From Lepidodermella squamata (Eukaryota; Animalia; Gastrotricha): a stretch of DNA of 64,000 nt. The stretch is taken from NCBI GenBank assembly GCA_047495785.1, contig JBLDXI010000033.1, positions 1,302,001 to 1,366,000 of the forward strand. Direction: 5' to 3'. How positions within the stretch are numbered: position 1 is the first letter of the stretch; each line of letters starts with the position of its first letter. The notes under the pieces are model-generated. The model did not search any database, was not told the origin of the DNA, and worked only from the letters and a program-made list of their open reading frames with translations. The position numbers were made by a program, and so were the translations under genes. Of the stretch, positions 24,577-37,075 are shown one piece after another.

Positions 24577-26951
24577 ATGATGCATGCAGTAATTATTGCC
24601 GTATTATTTCTTCTCCACCCTAAAATATCGGATGGATTTCAAAAAGAGAATGAGCTGACCATGTTCGGAATTATACCAACCGGTCCAGTTGGTAACGTCG
24701 TCTGTCAAGCAGCAATGGAGGTCGCGATAAAAAATGTCAACTCACGTCGAGACATCCTTCCAAACTACAGCCTCAAACTCGTCTTCGCCGATGACGATGC
24801 AGCGAATACTGATAAAGCTATTGTGCGGTACGTTCAATTCATGGATTCGCAAAACAACAGTTGGCTTGCCAGTCCTATCATCGTCGGACCGATAGTGACC
24901 CTAGGCTGCACGACAATCGGAAAATTCGTTCATCACTACGGGTCGACCCAACTCGCAATCGGTTGTGGGGTTTCAGTGTTGACGGATAATAGAAAGGTAT
25001 ATCCTAACCTATACCGGGTCGGGCTATCAGACGAAGTCAACATCCTAGCTTCGATAAAGCTGATGAAAGAACTCGGCAATTGGACACGGGCTGCTTTGGT
25101 ATCAGACTCGACTTTTTCCTATGACTTCGACGCCGCAAAACAGACTGAACGAGAATTGAACATGGCCGGAATTTTGGTACCTTGGTTCAACGTGATCCCC
25201 GCGATAGACGAGGCAGCGTACTTGAGACTGAAAGCAGCAAATGTTAGGATCATTTTCATTACGATAAGCTCTGTACCGGCATCTTTTGACATTTTATGCG
25301 GGATGCATCGTTACGGAATGCGGCCTTCGAACGGGTAAAATCAACAGGTTCTGAAAAATTCTGCTAATTATCAATTTATTTCAGTTATGTTTTCATCTAC
25401 CGCGGATCCACCTTAATAAATGAGCGCGGGACAGTGGCTAGCCTGAACCCGAGTTGCGGAGCGGCTGCTGTCACGGAGCAGCTATCCGGAGCATTTCTAG
25501 TCGGCGTAACCCTTGGTCCAGTGAAAAATTCCATCTCAAGCCTCGGTCATGATTCGATTTCCTTCGAAAAGGCTTTCATTGACGAGGGAAATCTGACTGC
25601 CCCGAACGTTCAGCTATCTCTAAGCAGAAGTCACGTGATGCGTCACAAATGCTACGACACTATGGTTCAGGCGATAATGGTTCTCGATAAAGCCGGGAGA
25701 AAATTAGCTAGGGAAAACCTGTCCCTATCAGATTTCCGAACTTCTCCCCAAGTTGTAGGCAGCATTGTAAATCAGACGGTTGTAGAGACTACCTATTCAT
25801 CTCTTCGAGTTGGCGAGACCACATTGTCGAAACGTGGCGAACCAGATTACGAGCCGCTTTACATCAAGCAGTGGCGAATAAATACTGGAGGCTACGGGGT
25901 TGTCACCCACGAGCTTTTATACAACGAGAGAACTGGGGAGAGACAACTTGTTAAGGTGGATGGCCCGATCTGGATGACTCAAAACGGCCGAAAACCCAAT
26001 GATTCCTGGCGGGATATTGATGACGTATTCGAAGTTCCCAAGGCAGTTTTCGGTGTTGTTTTACTAATCAGCATTGTTATGGGATCGGCTCAACTGTTGC
26101 TTGCTCGAGCTTCGTTCAGGGTCGAAGTTGATAAAGTGAGGATAGGCCTTATTTTCGGCTGTTTCCTCCTCAATATTGAGGCCGTTGTCTTAGTTGCTGA
26201 TAGCGATTTGGTTCCTTCATTATCACTCTGTATATCAAGATTGGTGTTCATAACAATCGGCGTATCTCTAGTCCATGGCTGTATATTGTGCAAAATGCTG
26301 GAATTGTGTCAACAAAAATTAACCAAGCCGAAATCTCGTGCTAAGAAAATATACGAAAGTAACAGTACATCCTCTTTTAGAAGCAAAATTTCCCGAGCAA
26401 CGAGGAAATTCAATCGAGTTGCGTCAACTGTGTCATCGCTTTCGTCCAGAATCTTTGACCGATCTCGCAGTTGGATCTTCGCCTACTCTTGCGGCGTGGC
26501 CTTCGTTCTTATCAACGTGGTCATTCTGATGATTTGGCTGATGCTTGACCCACAAACAACTCGGGTCGTCGAAATTGCCGACCAGCCACAATTTGACCTA
26601 GATTTGGACGCTTATGTTCACATAAAAATGGTTGCGTGTCAATCTCGAGCCGAGCCGATTTTTCTTGGGATTTTCGGAATTATTCATATTTTTCTCATTT
26701 TTGTTGTAATTGTTAAAGGTTTCAGTCTAAAATACGTGATAAAACCTACATATTTTGATGATTTGATGGGAAACACGTATTGCATGGTGAATTCTTGTAC
26801 GCTGTGTTTAGCCACCATGCTTATCTTATTCAGTGTTCGCTCTCCTTTGACCCAGAACATCGTTCTATCTTTTGTTTCACTGATATTATCAGTGTCAGAA
26901 TCAATTATGGCAAATTTTCAAATATTCAAAGCATTCTATCAAAGGCGCTGA
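24577..26951 (+). CDS. GABA-B-like class C GPCR (Venus flytrap + 7TM), paralog 1; one intron ~25335-25384
   Basis: Signal peptide; VFT motifs NSRRDILPNYSL, YPNLYR, WTRAAL, ANVRII, G|YVFIYRG. Seven hydrophobic segments including TM3 C..RL....G....G...K and TM4 W...DP. Confidence 0.85.
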
Positions 26952-27081
26952 GTGATTTTTGACATTCTAATTGGACTGTCTTTTAAATAAATTGTGAATC
27001 GCATTTCCAATTTGTCACATTCAATTTCAGAGCTTCAAGTTGACATAATTTTGAAATTCAATTCACACTTTTAACTTTATT

Positions 27082-28403
27082 ATGGAGACTTTTGGAAAGT
27101 TGGTATTTTCCAAGCATGGCGAGCCGGCCAACGTCTTGGGCTTCGCCGTTGAACATGTGCCCAAGGACGAAGCCATGATAATCCGTGGCCAGGTGAAAGT
27201 TCGAGTTCTTCTCTCACCAATTAATCCTTACGATTTGGCGATTATTCGCGGCATTGTTCCGTTCCACGGGACATTGCCAGCCGTTCCAGGTAATGAAGGA
27301 CTCGTTCAAGTCGTTGCTGTAGCGGACGAGACGGCCTCATTCAAACCCGGTGACTATGCAGTAGTTACAAAACTAGGCTGGGGTGAGTGAAAAAGGCGAA
27401 ATTTAATTGTAATTTCGATCCTATTTTTCTATTTTAACCAGGCATGTGGAAACAAGAAGGCTTCATTGACGAGAAATTCCTCTTCAAGATACCAACATCG
27501 ATGCCATTTGATGCAGCTTCTATGTTACTGATCAGCACAGCTACGGCTTACACGTAATTTTGATACTTCGTAATATCGCTAAAACCTTTGTATTATACTT
27601 AGGCTGGTTAATCGCGTTTCAAAGCTGAAACCAGGTGATACTTTGATTCAAAACGCTGCCAATTCCGCCCTCGGCCAGGCCGTTATTCAACTGGCGAAAT
27701 TTCGCGGAATACACACGATCAATGTGGTTAGAAATCGACCGAATTTGAACGATACCGTCGAATTCTTGAAAAATCTGGGCGCCGACGTCGTCATGACCAA
27801 CGAACAGCTCAGTGACGAGAAAGAGCTCGCGGGCTACATGAAAAATGTCCCGAGACCGAAAATCGCTCTCGATGCAGTTGGTGGGCACATTTCGATCGAT
27901 CTAGCAAATTCGTTGGAAACTGGTGGTCAGTATTTCTCGATTGGATACCTCAGTGGCGAGCCGGTTAAAGTCACCCAAAATGATCTTATTTTTCGAAGTA
28001 TTAGCGTTCACGGATTTTCGTTGGCCAGGTATATTTCAAATTCGCAGCAAAATTAAACACGTAAATTTGAATTTTTTAAATTCGTAATTTCAATAATTTC
28101 GAGTGTTTTGCATTTATTTCCGCTTCATAAATTGAATAATTTTTTTTCATAAATTTCAGCAATTTTAAAATGGATAATTTTTGCATTTTTTTTTTAATTT
28201 TAAGGTGGCGAGAAGAGCATGGCGAATCAGAGTTTCGCAAAATTTTGGTCGAGTTGGTCGAACTCTATGTGAAGAAGAAGCTGAAAGCAGCTAAAAGTCG
28301 TGCCTTCAAACTCAACGAATGGCATGCCGCCATTGAGGCAGCTACCAAAGCCCAGTCTGGCGAAAAAATCCTGCTCCAGCTTAATGAAATCGAGGAGAAA
28401 TGA
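27082..28403 (+). CDS. MECR-like trans-2-enoyl-CoA/thioester reductase (MDR superfamily), paralog 1; 4 exons
   Basis: VRVLLSPINPYD, LPAVPGNEG, GDTLIQNAANSALGQAVIQLAK, INVVRNRP, ALDAVGG, C-terminal KILL. Confidence 0.88.
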
Positions 28404-29285
28404 AGCTAATTAAACACTTGATGACTTTGACTTTAATTAATGCATCGACTTGATTATAATCTATGGACTTTCCCAGTGATTGGTATAATATGAGGATAAT
28501 AATATTATCGACTCATGCAATGTGTTGCGCATCCGGTCCATGCCGCAGAATAATAAACAAATCAAACAAAAGTGCCGATAATAGCCAAGCTACCTGTACG
28601 CGCTTATCGATGAGCGCATTATTTAATCGCGGAAATATACCCGGCTATTTATTTAAGAACAATAACAATCGGCAAAGTTTTAATGCAATCATAACAATAA
28701 GCAGGGTGGTTAGCAATAGCACGCTAACATTATATTGAGTCGCGGTATGCGATGTATTTATAGACACACGCCTGTGGGTTTTTTATAGCTATACCTCGCA
28801 CTCGCAAAAAATAACAATTATCATTCGCCGGTAGCATGCCCCCTTTTTCGCGCCCTGCTTCTGCTGTCTTTATTATAATAAAAAGAGGAAATCTCAAAGC
28901 CCATCTTTCTAGGCAAACAGCCGCGTAATAGTATCCTCGTAAAAAAAAAGAGTTTCATCTTTGCGCGTAATACACGGGCGTTGATAGTTCGCTGTATAAA
29001 CAATGGACTATAAGGTCGGTATAGGGCGAGCCAAAAATGTATATCTGACTATTGTTTATAGCCCCCTGTATCATATAAAGCATAGGTGGACCTACCTACT
29101 ACCTACTATACCGCTTTATCAGCGACCGTGTAAAATGATGGAAGCGTGTTCATCTAACATAAACTCATTTACTCATCGTTTAACTTCCTCCTCAATATTG
29201 TTTAGCTAAACAACTCATTGGTAGATAATAACAATGATAATTAATTACCCATCACCCGCGTTATCACGCTTTGTGGCATTGTGTG

Positions 29286-30523
29286 ATGATGATGGCTAGC
29301 TTGAAATCAACGCGATGCCGCTTCCTACTCGGAGGCCTAGGTATAGCCCTGATGTGGGCGGCAGTTGTCTACCTGCCGATTGATAGCCTATTAAGGTGGC
29401 GATCTCGCCCGTGGTACGAGGACGATATTTCCTACTGGTACCTGCGTAGCCTGAAACGGTCCAATTCCTCCATTGCTCATCTAATTTTCAACTTCACGCG
29501 ACAAGATGCGGCTAAATATCGACAAGCGGCTATCAGGCACTTCTACAAGCCTCGTATGACTCCAAATCAGTCGAAAATTCTGTGGGTTATTAAAAGAAAT
29601 TTCAGCGCAAATTTTGAATTTAATATTTAGGACTGATACTCTTCGCGACTGTATTCAGCTGTTGGATCGTGAAAATGTCAAGTACATGTTATATTCCGGT
29701 ACTTTGATCGGATATTACCGTCACAACAGAAGCATAGTTCCATGGGACGACGATGCCGATCTTGCGCTAATTCCAGAAAGTGAACATCAGGTTGCCCGAA
29801 ATTGTTTAATTTTTTCCAAATTTTAAACTATATTTTTAGATCGTAACCTTGCAGTCGAATTTAGTTCGGCGAATCGAGGCTGATGGAGATCGATTATACA
29901 ACGGTCTGAGGCTTACTTACGTCGAACCACAACGAAGATTTAAATGTTACTACGGGGCGGCTACAAATCGAACCGAGGCCATTGCCGGTTACAAATGGAG
30001 ATGGCCTTTTGTTGACCTTCAATTCATGGTTCCGCGGTACAGGCCGAAAACAGCGCCTTTGTTCCTACAATCGGGTGATATTATGATCGAAGATGCGACA
30101 CCTATCAGGGACTTTCAGGTAATAGGGAAATCATAAAGAAAATTATTCAGCAAAATAATTAATTTTAATGCAGTATCCGATGAAAATGATTTTTCCTCTA
30201 AAACGCGGCTATTTCACGAAAGAAAATATTCCGGTTTTTGTACCAGCCGATATTAAAGGCGTATTAGCGGCAACTTTCAAAGTTAAAGATTGCAAATCTC
30301 AAGGTGCGTTTGACCTTGATCTGTTAATTCTTTGAGGTTTTTGAATTTTTGTTCTATTTCAGATTATGACCATCATACCGAAAGCCATATTAAACACATT
30401 TTCACAGTGCCTTGCAGTGAATTAACTAGTTTTATCACTGATTTTACTAATATTTTGTGATTTTTTTTAATTTTAGCTGGCGCTTTGTCCATGATAGATG
30501 TAACATTCTCGAAAAAGAAATGA
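29286..30523 (+). CDS. LicD/fukutin-family (nucleotidyltransferase-fold) type II membrane protein; multi-exon
   Basis: N-terminal TM anchor; YSGTLIGYYRH..IVPWDDDADL, WPFVD, IFPLKR, C.S..YDH. The 3' end is uncertain (30460 if the last 48-nt intron is not spliced). Confidence 0.85.
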
Positions 30524-30599
30524 AAGAAAGTTTGGTTTGAAATTATACACTCGTGAAGTTTATTCTCGAAACGAGGTACAAAAGACCGCCGCCGGTCGC

Positions 30600-30785
30600 A
30601 CGTACTTCCACCTGATAAGAACATATTGTCGGAATTAGCTGATCGAAACAAAAGTTTGGGATTTCAAAGTTCATCCTAGCGATTACAATTTCAGTCTCAG
30701 AGGCGGAAAACCCGCACAGTCATGCCACGGCGACCCCTGTTACTCGGGACGACAGTATTTAAGGCACTTAAAAAAGACATAAAAA
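30600..30785 (+). promoter_or_regulatory. Conserved upstream motif block shared with GPCR paralog 4
   Basis: cgtacttcc, ctgatc[g/a]aaacaaaagtttgg, aggcg(g)aaaac, ttactc and ttaaggc..ttaaaaaag occur in the same order at 36840-37040. Confidence 0.55.
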
Positions 30786-30828
30786 GACATTCATTCAAGC
30801 ATTGACCTTGTTAAACAATAACAATTCG

Positions 30829-33212
30829 ATGTGGAAAATGACTAAGCTGTTGAACATGTTCAGCCTCTTATGCATTTCCTACGCGGTTGCAACCTACAAG
30901 CCAAAAGAATTGACAGTTTTCAGTCTTGCTCCAATAACACCTGCTGGCAACGCCGCCTGTCAAGCTGCGATGGAAGTCGCCTTTAAAAACGTCAATTCAC
31001 GCTATGACATATTGCCAGACTACAGCCTAAAGCCAGTCTATGTCGACGATGAGTACGCAGTCACCAGCAACGCGATAAGGGGTTACGTTGAATTCATGGA
31101 ATCACAGAACAGCAGTTGGTTGGCGAGTCCTATCGTAGTGGGGCCTATGATCACCCTCAGCTGTGTAACAATCGGTAAATTCATCCAATTCTACGATACA
31201 ACGCAAATCGCTACTGGCTGTGGAGTTGCAGGTTTGACGGAAAACAGAAGGATCTACCCTAATCTATACCGTGTTGGGCTATCTGACGAGGCAAATATTC
31301 TGGCTTTCGTGACACTAATGACAGATATCGGCAATTGGACACGAGCTGCTTTAATGTCCGACTCGACTAATTCCTACGATTTCTACGCGGCTAAATTGAC
31401 AGAACGAGCGTTGAATGATGCTGGAATTTCAGTTCCATGGTTCAATTTATTTCCTGCAATCGACAATGCGGCTCTAGTTACGTTGAAAGGCACTAATATC
31501 AGAATCATTATTATTGTCATGAGCGGCATTCCTCAAGTTTTGGAAATTTTGTGCGGTATGTACCAACATGGCATGACTCCAACAAAAGGGTATAGTTTAA
31601 AAAATTATGTCACCTCATTTATTTCAAAGTTCCCCAATTTTGCAGATATATCTTTATCTTCCGAGGTGCCTTCATAATAAGCGAAAGGAACATTGTCGGT
31701 AATTTGATACCCTCATGTGGACTGGCGGCAGTTGTAGAGCAACTCTCCGAGTCGTTTATAGCCGGAGTAACTCAAACCCCCGTTAAAAATTTCATGTCGA
31801 CTCTCGGCTACGATTCCGTAACCTTCGAAAGAGCATACATCGAAGAGGCCGCAAAAATAGCGCCTAACGTGTCGACTGCTCAAATGAAGAATCAGGTCAT
31901 CCGACACAAGTGCTATGATACCGCTCAGCAAGCCATTGTTGCTCTGGATAAGGCAGAAAAAGAGTTGTCGAAGCAAAACTTGACCCTATCAGATTTTCGT
32001 AGCCACCCCAGAATTGTTGGTGAAATTGTCAATCGAACAGTATCGCGATCGAGGTACATGTCAGTCAGGGTTGGGGAGGTAATTCTATCGGATAGAAGCG
32101 AACCAGATAATGAACCACTCTACATCAAACAATGGCGAGTCAATACCGGCGGAAGCGGCGTTGCCATCTATGAAATCATTCAAGATGCCCGTAATGGGTT
32201 GAGGCAGCTCGTGAAAGTAAGAAATCCGACGTGGCTGAATCGTAATGGCAAAAGACCTAACGATTCATGGATGGAAATTAACGACATCAAGGGCATATCA
32301 ATGTCGATATTTCTAGCAGTCCTGATTATCGGTCTGATTGCCTTTTCTATCCAGTTCTATTCTGGTTACGCCAGTTGGAAGAAGTTGAGACATCAAAGTT
32401 ATCGGATATTGGCCTTCCTATTCGGCTGTTCCCTGCTCAACATTGGGGCAATTATCCAGGTAGCTAACCGTGACTTGGTCGAGCCTGTTTCTCAATGCGT
32501 TGCTCGATTAGCCCTCCTAACCCTTGGCTTGTCTGCCATTCACGGAGTCTTAATTTCAAAACTGATGCATTTGAAATTTAATCACTGTACGAAACCAAGC
32601 TCTACAGTCAAGCTGGGTACTTGGGGGAGTATTAACGCAGCATCATTTAGCAGCCCTGCAACGCATCATCGACGTCTAAGGCCAGCTCATCGAGGAGCTT
32701 CACCTAAATTCCTAAATTTGCCAAAAATATCTACCATCTCGTACGCATTCGGTTTAATATTTTTTGCAATCAATGCGATGGCCTTGATCATTTGGATGAT
32801 CACGGATCCTCTAAAAAAACAGCTTCTTAAACTGGACGAGGATCCTGAGTACGATCCACGTTTCGATGGATATAGATATATGTCAGTAATTTCTTGTCGA
32901 TCTGAGAATGAGGCGATTTTTCTTGGAATACTCGGCGCTTTTCATGTTCTGCTGATGGTATTTGGTTTCATCTTTGCCTATGAGTTGAGGTATCTGATAA
33001 ATCGAGATTCTATTGGAGAGCTGAATCAGGTGAAGTACTGTTTCATGAATTCTTGCACTCTGTGCCTAGCAACTGCGCTTATTATCACTTTGAGTGACTC
33101 GCCATTAACTCAAAACACAGTTCTTGCTTTCGCTTCACTGACGTTATCTGTGTCAGGTTCAATAGCTATGTTCTATAGGCCTGTTAAACTGCTTTTACGC
33201 CATGACCTATAA
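30829..33212 (+). CDS. GABA-B-like class C GPCR, paralog 2; one intron ~31591-31645
   Basis: Highly similar to paralogs 1 and 4 (ACQAAMEVA, WLASPIVVGP, YPNLYRVGLSDE, RHKCYD, EPLYIKQWR, 7TM). Confidence 0.87.
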
Positions 33213-33711
33213 GCTTTCGGCTGACGGGGAATCTTTAATCAGAATAAATGCTATCTGTCGTAAGCCTTTCAGCCCATTGGCAAGAAAAATGAGTGCCTAT
33301 GCTTATAGGTACTCATCTGGATTCGAAAAACCAGGAGAATTCATAAGCACCTTCTTATAAAGAAACCTAATTAAATGAAAAGCCGAACACTTTCGCCCCG
33401 AAAGCTAAAGCTAAAATATCAAATTTGATAAGTGAAGTCGTGTTTCATGGTGTCTAGCCATGATTCTTCACGTGACCAAATTGCACATATGAAAGAAAGT
33501 GATCGGTGCAATCGCACGGGAGTTGAGTATCTAGGCTCTGCAAATTGAAAAACAAGATCGATTGCATATCTTATTTGGTCACAAGGGGTGAGGAATTTCA
33601 CTCCATCGGGCTTCTAAATTCAGGGGGTCATCGTCATCATAGCAGATAATTCGCTTTAGTCCGTTTTCAATTAGCAGAGCCTAGATACTCAACCGTAACG
33701 GCAATCCTAAA

Positions 33712-36219
33712 ATGCTGCCAGCAGAAAATCGCCGATACTTTTTGCTCTTGCTTAGTCAAATTTTACTTGGTTTAGAAGCCCTGAAACCCAAAGTTCTGTC
33801 AATGCTGGCTCTAATTCCTATTAACGAAGAGGAAATTCATGGCGGAATCGGTTGCAAAATGGCAATGCAAGTTGCTGTTAATATTGTGAATGCCCGGTCA
33901 GACGTTTTATCGGATTATCATCTTGATGTAATATATGCTGACGAAGGCGAGGATGTCCCAGCCTACCAAGGCAACGCCCTACGAAATTTTTTCAAATTTC
34001 TAGAAAATTCCACTCTGAAAAACTTGACCACTAGCCCTATCATCGTTGGCACTATCAGTCCGAACGGGTGTCAGTTCATAGGAGCTTTCGCTCATCTGTT
34101 CAACATGGTCGAAATAGGTCTGGGTTGCAACCTACCAATGTACTCTGCAAACAGAAAGCAGTTCGCAAATTTCTATCGTAGTGCCATATCCGACGAAGTA
34201 ACTCTCTATCCCTTGGTAAAATTTATCAAGGAAGTTGGTAACTGGACGAAAGTTGCCATTTTATCAAGCTCCCTTGTCGACTATGACGATATCATGTCAG
34301 CGCATACTTACAGAGTGCTAACCAGCGAGGGTGTTAAAGTCGCTTGGTTTAACAAATTTCCGGCAATTGACGATAATTTCGCTTCTTTGAAATCAGCCAA
34401 TGTTCGAATCATAGTGATTTTACTACTTCAGCTAGATGTCCTCTTCGCGACTCTGTGTCAGTGGTACAGAGCCGACATAACCCCACAATCAGGTTTTGTA
34501 TTCATATTCAGAGGAAGTACTGTTTTAAACGAAAATGGCCTGATGGATGCTCTGAGCCCGATATGCCCTAAAGCCATCGTCATGTCACAGCTTCAATCAG
34601 CTTTCTTCATCGGAACGATCGGAATACCGAATTCTATCGGAGATTCAGTAACGTCATTGGGTTACGATATTGTCACTTTTGATCAAGAATTCGCCAATCT
34701 GGTTCGAAACGCGACTCGCACTCCACCTCAGTTTTTAAAGGGCTACGCCGTCAGAACGCGTTGTCATGATACTATGCTCCAAGCTATTTTAACTCTTGAT
34801 TCCGCAGAAATTAAACTTAGAAAAGTTAACATGACCCTTGGGGACTATCAAAAATCACCAAAGCTTATCTCAAATGTTGTGAATGAAAGTATGGCGGCGA
34901 TCAATTTCACAGGCATAAGAGGTACAGGTCCAATGCGTTACTCCGAACGTTTGGAATTCGAGAACGAACAGCAGCAAATCAAACAATGGTTCCCGGGAAC
35001 TAATGGCTATGGAACTTTAATCTACAAAGCTTACAAGTTAGAGCCATGGCCCTATAACAGCAGCTCGTTCATATTTCATAAGTCGAGCTCGCCTGAATGG
35101 ATTTTCACCAATTCAGACGCGCCACCCCGAGACTCATGGAATATGAAATCAGCCATTGTCACACATCAGCCGTGGCTTCAATATTTTGTCATTGCCACCT
35201 CTACAATGTTGTCCGTTACTCAGTTTGGGATCATTGGCAGGGTAATATGGTTGTCGAAGATAGAATCAAAACCAATGTTGGCCAATGGAATTCAAGGTCT
35301 GCCACTTGGATTGCTATTCTGCAATTTCGCCGCTATTACCTACTCGCAATCAACTTCGTGCAGCTTGCGATTAGTTCTCCTCTTACTTGGAATTGCGCTG
35401 ATTGTCGGAAGCATCTTCTTCCCTCTTTTGGGCATGTTTCGGGGAAGCAGGCGTCGTATTGCTGGCACGCATTTCATCCGCATCCATGCATCGATCAAGA
35501 AGCGGAAACGGGGGCAAACAACAACCGCTAGTGAATCTACCTCTCCCTACCTAGGCCTGTCTGAAGTTCAGTCTAAATACGATGATAAGAAGACACATAA
35601 TCATTCATCCTTAGCGACTAGTCAGCATCATGTTGATTCTCAACAAAATGCTGAAGAACTCGAGAGATGGTCACGAAAACTCAGCCCATATTGCCAACTT
35701 ATTTATTTCGCTGTTAATTCAGTTGTATTAGCAAGTTGGTGCATTGCGAGTCCGCCTGAGTTAAATCTGAAGGATTTTGCCGCTAAGCCTATCTATGACA
35801 TGTTAACAGATACATTCATCTACCTGAAAGTTCTATCCTGTGAATCACCTGAGCAAATTCAGTGGATAGGAGGTATCTTTGCCATTCATAACTTATTACT
35901 CCTGCTTTCTGTTGCATTGGGCTATGAACTGAGACATTGGAAGCCACAGAGTCAACGAGCTTTCTCGAATTTCCAGCAATTTCGTATCGCTGCTATCAAT
36001 ACTTTGTTCGTTCTGGTGGCAGTTTTCATTATATTAGTGATTTTCAATGGCAAGCCTTTGGTTCAGGACCAAGTGATAGCGCTGTCACTACTGGTGAACT
36101 CACTGATTCTAACAGTCATCATGGTGGTTGTAGGCAAGCATCTGAAGCCAATAGTTGAACCTATCGCATCATCAGCCATCGATACTGGGAGGCATGGAAA
36201 TACGGGCCGAGATTTATGA
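33712..36219 (+). CDS. GABA-B-like class C GPCR, paralog 3 (intronless, more divergent)
   Basis: Single 835-aa ORF with signal peptide, VFT motifs (VNARSDVLSDYHL, FANFYR, WTKVAIL, ANVRII) and 7TM. Confidence 0.87.
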   Translation: MLPAENRRYFLLLLSQILLGLEALKPKVLSMLALIPINEEEIHGGIGCKMAMQVAVNIVNARSDVLSDYHLDVIYADEGEDVPAYQGNALRNFFKFLENSTLKNLTTSPIIVGTISPNGCQFIGAFAHLFNMVEIGLGCNLPMYSANRKQFANFYRSAISDEVTLYPLVKFIKEVGNWTKVAILSSSLVDYDDIMSAHTYRVLTSEGVKVAWFNKFPAIDDNFASLKSANVRIIVILLLQLDVLFATLCQWYRADITPQSGFVFIFRGSTVLNENGLMDALSPICPKAIVMSQLQSAFFIGTIGIPNSIGDSVTSLGYDIVTFDQEFANLVRNATRTPPQFLKGYAVRTRCHDTMLQAILTLDSAEIKLRKVNMTLGDYQKSPKLISNVVNESMAAINFTGIRGTGPMRYSERLEFENEQQQIKQWFPGTNGYGTLIYKAYKLEPWPYNSSSFIFHKSSSPEWIFTNSDAPPRDSWNMKSAIVTHQPWLQYFVIATSTMLSVTQFGIIGRVIWLSKIESKPMLANGIQGLPLGLLFCNFAAITYSQSTSCSLRLVLLLLGIALIVGSIFFPLLGMFRGSRRRIAGTHFIRIHASIKKRKRGQTTTASESTSPYLGLSEVQSKYDDKKTHNHSSLATSQHHVDSQQNAEELERWSRKLSPYCQLIYFAVNSVVLASWCIASPPELNLKDFAAKPIYDMLTDTFIYLKVLSCESPEQIQWIGGIFAIHNLLLLLSVALGYELRHWKPQSQRAFSNFQQFRIAAINTLFVLVAVFIILVIFNGKPLVQDQVIALSLLVNSLILTVIMVVVGKHLKPIVEPIASSAIDTGRHGNTGRDL

Positions 36220-36839
36220 ACCAGGAATAATCGATTTTCTCTATATTACCTTGATCTACCTATGGTGTTCTATTGTTTTTGCTGGCATTCTCCGTCTGTA
36301 ATTGCTACACTGTAACTGGCTAATTGCTGTTATAAATATCTAAATAAAATAATAAAGTGGCGATGAAATTAGAGCACCTATTGTTAATCTGGTAACTCGT
36401 CGCCAAAGTGAGAAGTGCCTTATGTATACATTTTAATCTCAAAACTAGAGTGTAAAACTGTATACATTAACTGTGTAAAACAGGGCCGAATGTGACATGC
36501 GGACGCTATATTCGAAAATTATTCGGCGTTCAGTTACTCGCATTTAAGGAGAAGAAGATAATTTATAAATCGAGATCAAGAACCAAAGCCAGGGCACCTT
36601 GGATTGCCACGTGGCTTTTCATTAGCGAAAATAACCCGGTGCTATCAACTACAGCTTTTCAAATTAAAGATAAAACATATTTTGGAGTACGAATGAACTT
36701 GCTGAACTAGGTTAATATTATATCAAACGATGCTCTAGTTGGGATACACCTGTGCTATTCTCGAAAGCGCGGCAAAGAAGGCGATTTTCTTGGTATGAAA
36801 TTACATGCGCTTATTGTCCACTCAGAGAACACCATGTAA

Positions 36840-37042
36840 CGTACTTCCGCCACAGCCGCTTATATCACATCATCTGATCAAAACAAAAGTTTGGAGTTTC
36901 GGAATTCCTGTGAACACCTACATGATCTATAAGGCGAAAACTCCGCTTTACGACGCATTCACGTGATATTATGCCTAAATGACTTCCTCTTACTCTTGAC
37001 CTCACTAATAACCATGCTACTTAAGGCGTTAAAAAAGGACAA
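36840..37042 (+). promoter_or_regulatory. Conserved upstream motif block shared with GPCR paralog 2
   Basis: Same ordered motifs as 30600-30785. A partial tgatcaaaac...ggcggaaa also lies at 24432-24453, upstream of paralog 1. Confidence 0.55.
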
Positions 37043-37075
37043 TACTGTCCTATTCATTTTTTGACCAGTATTTCA

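Noticed and set aside
29575-29635. Possible non-canonical (GG) splice donor in the LicD gene
   Set aside because: A canonical GT donor three bases upstream (CT|gtgggt) restores the frame; all introns checked fit GT-AG.
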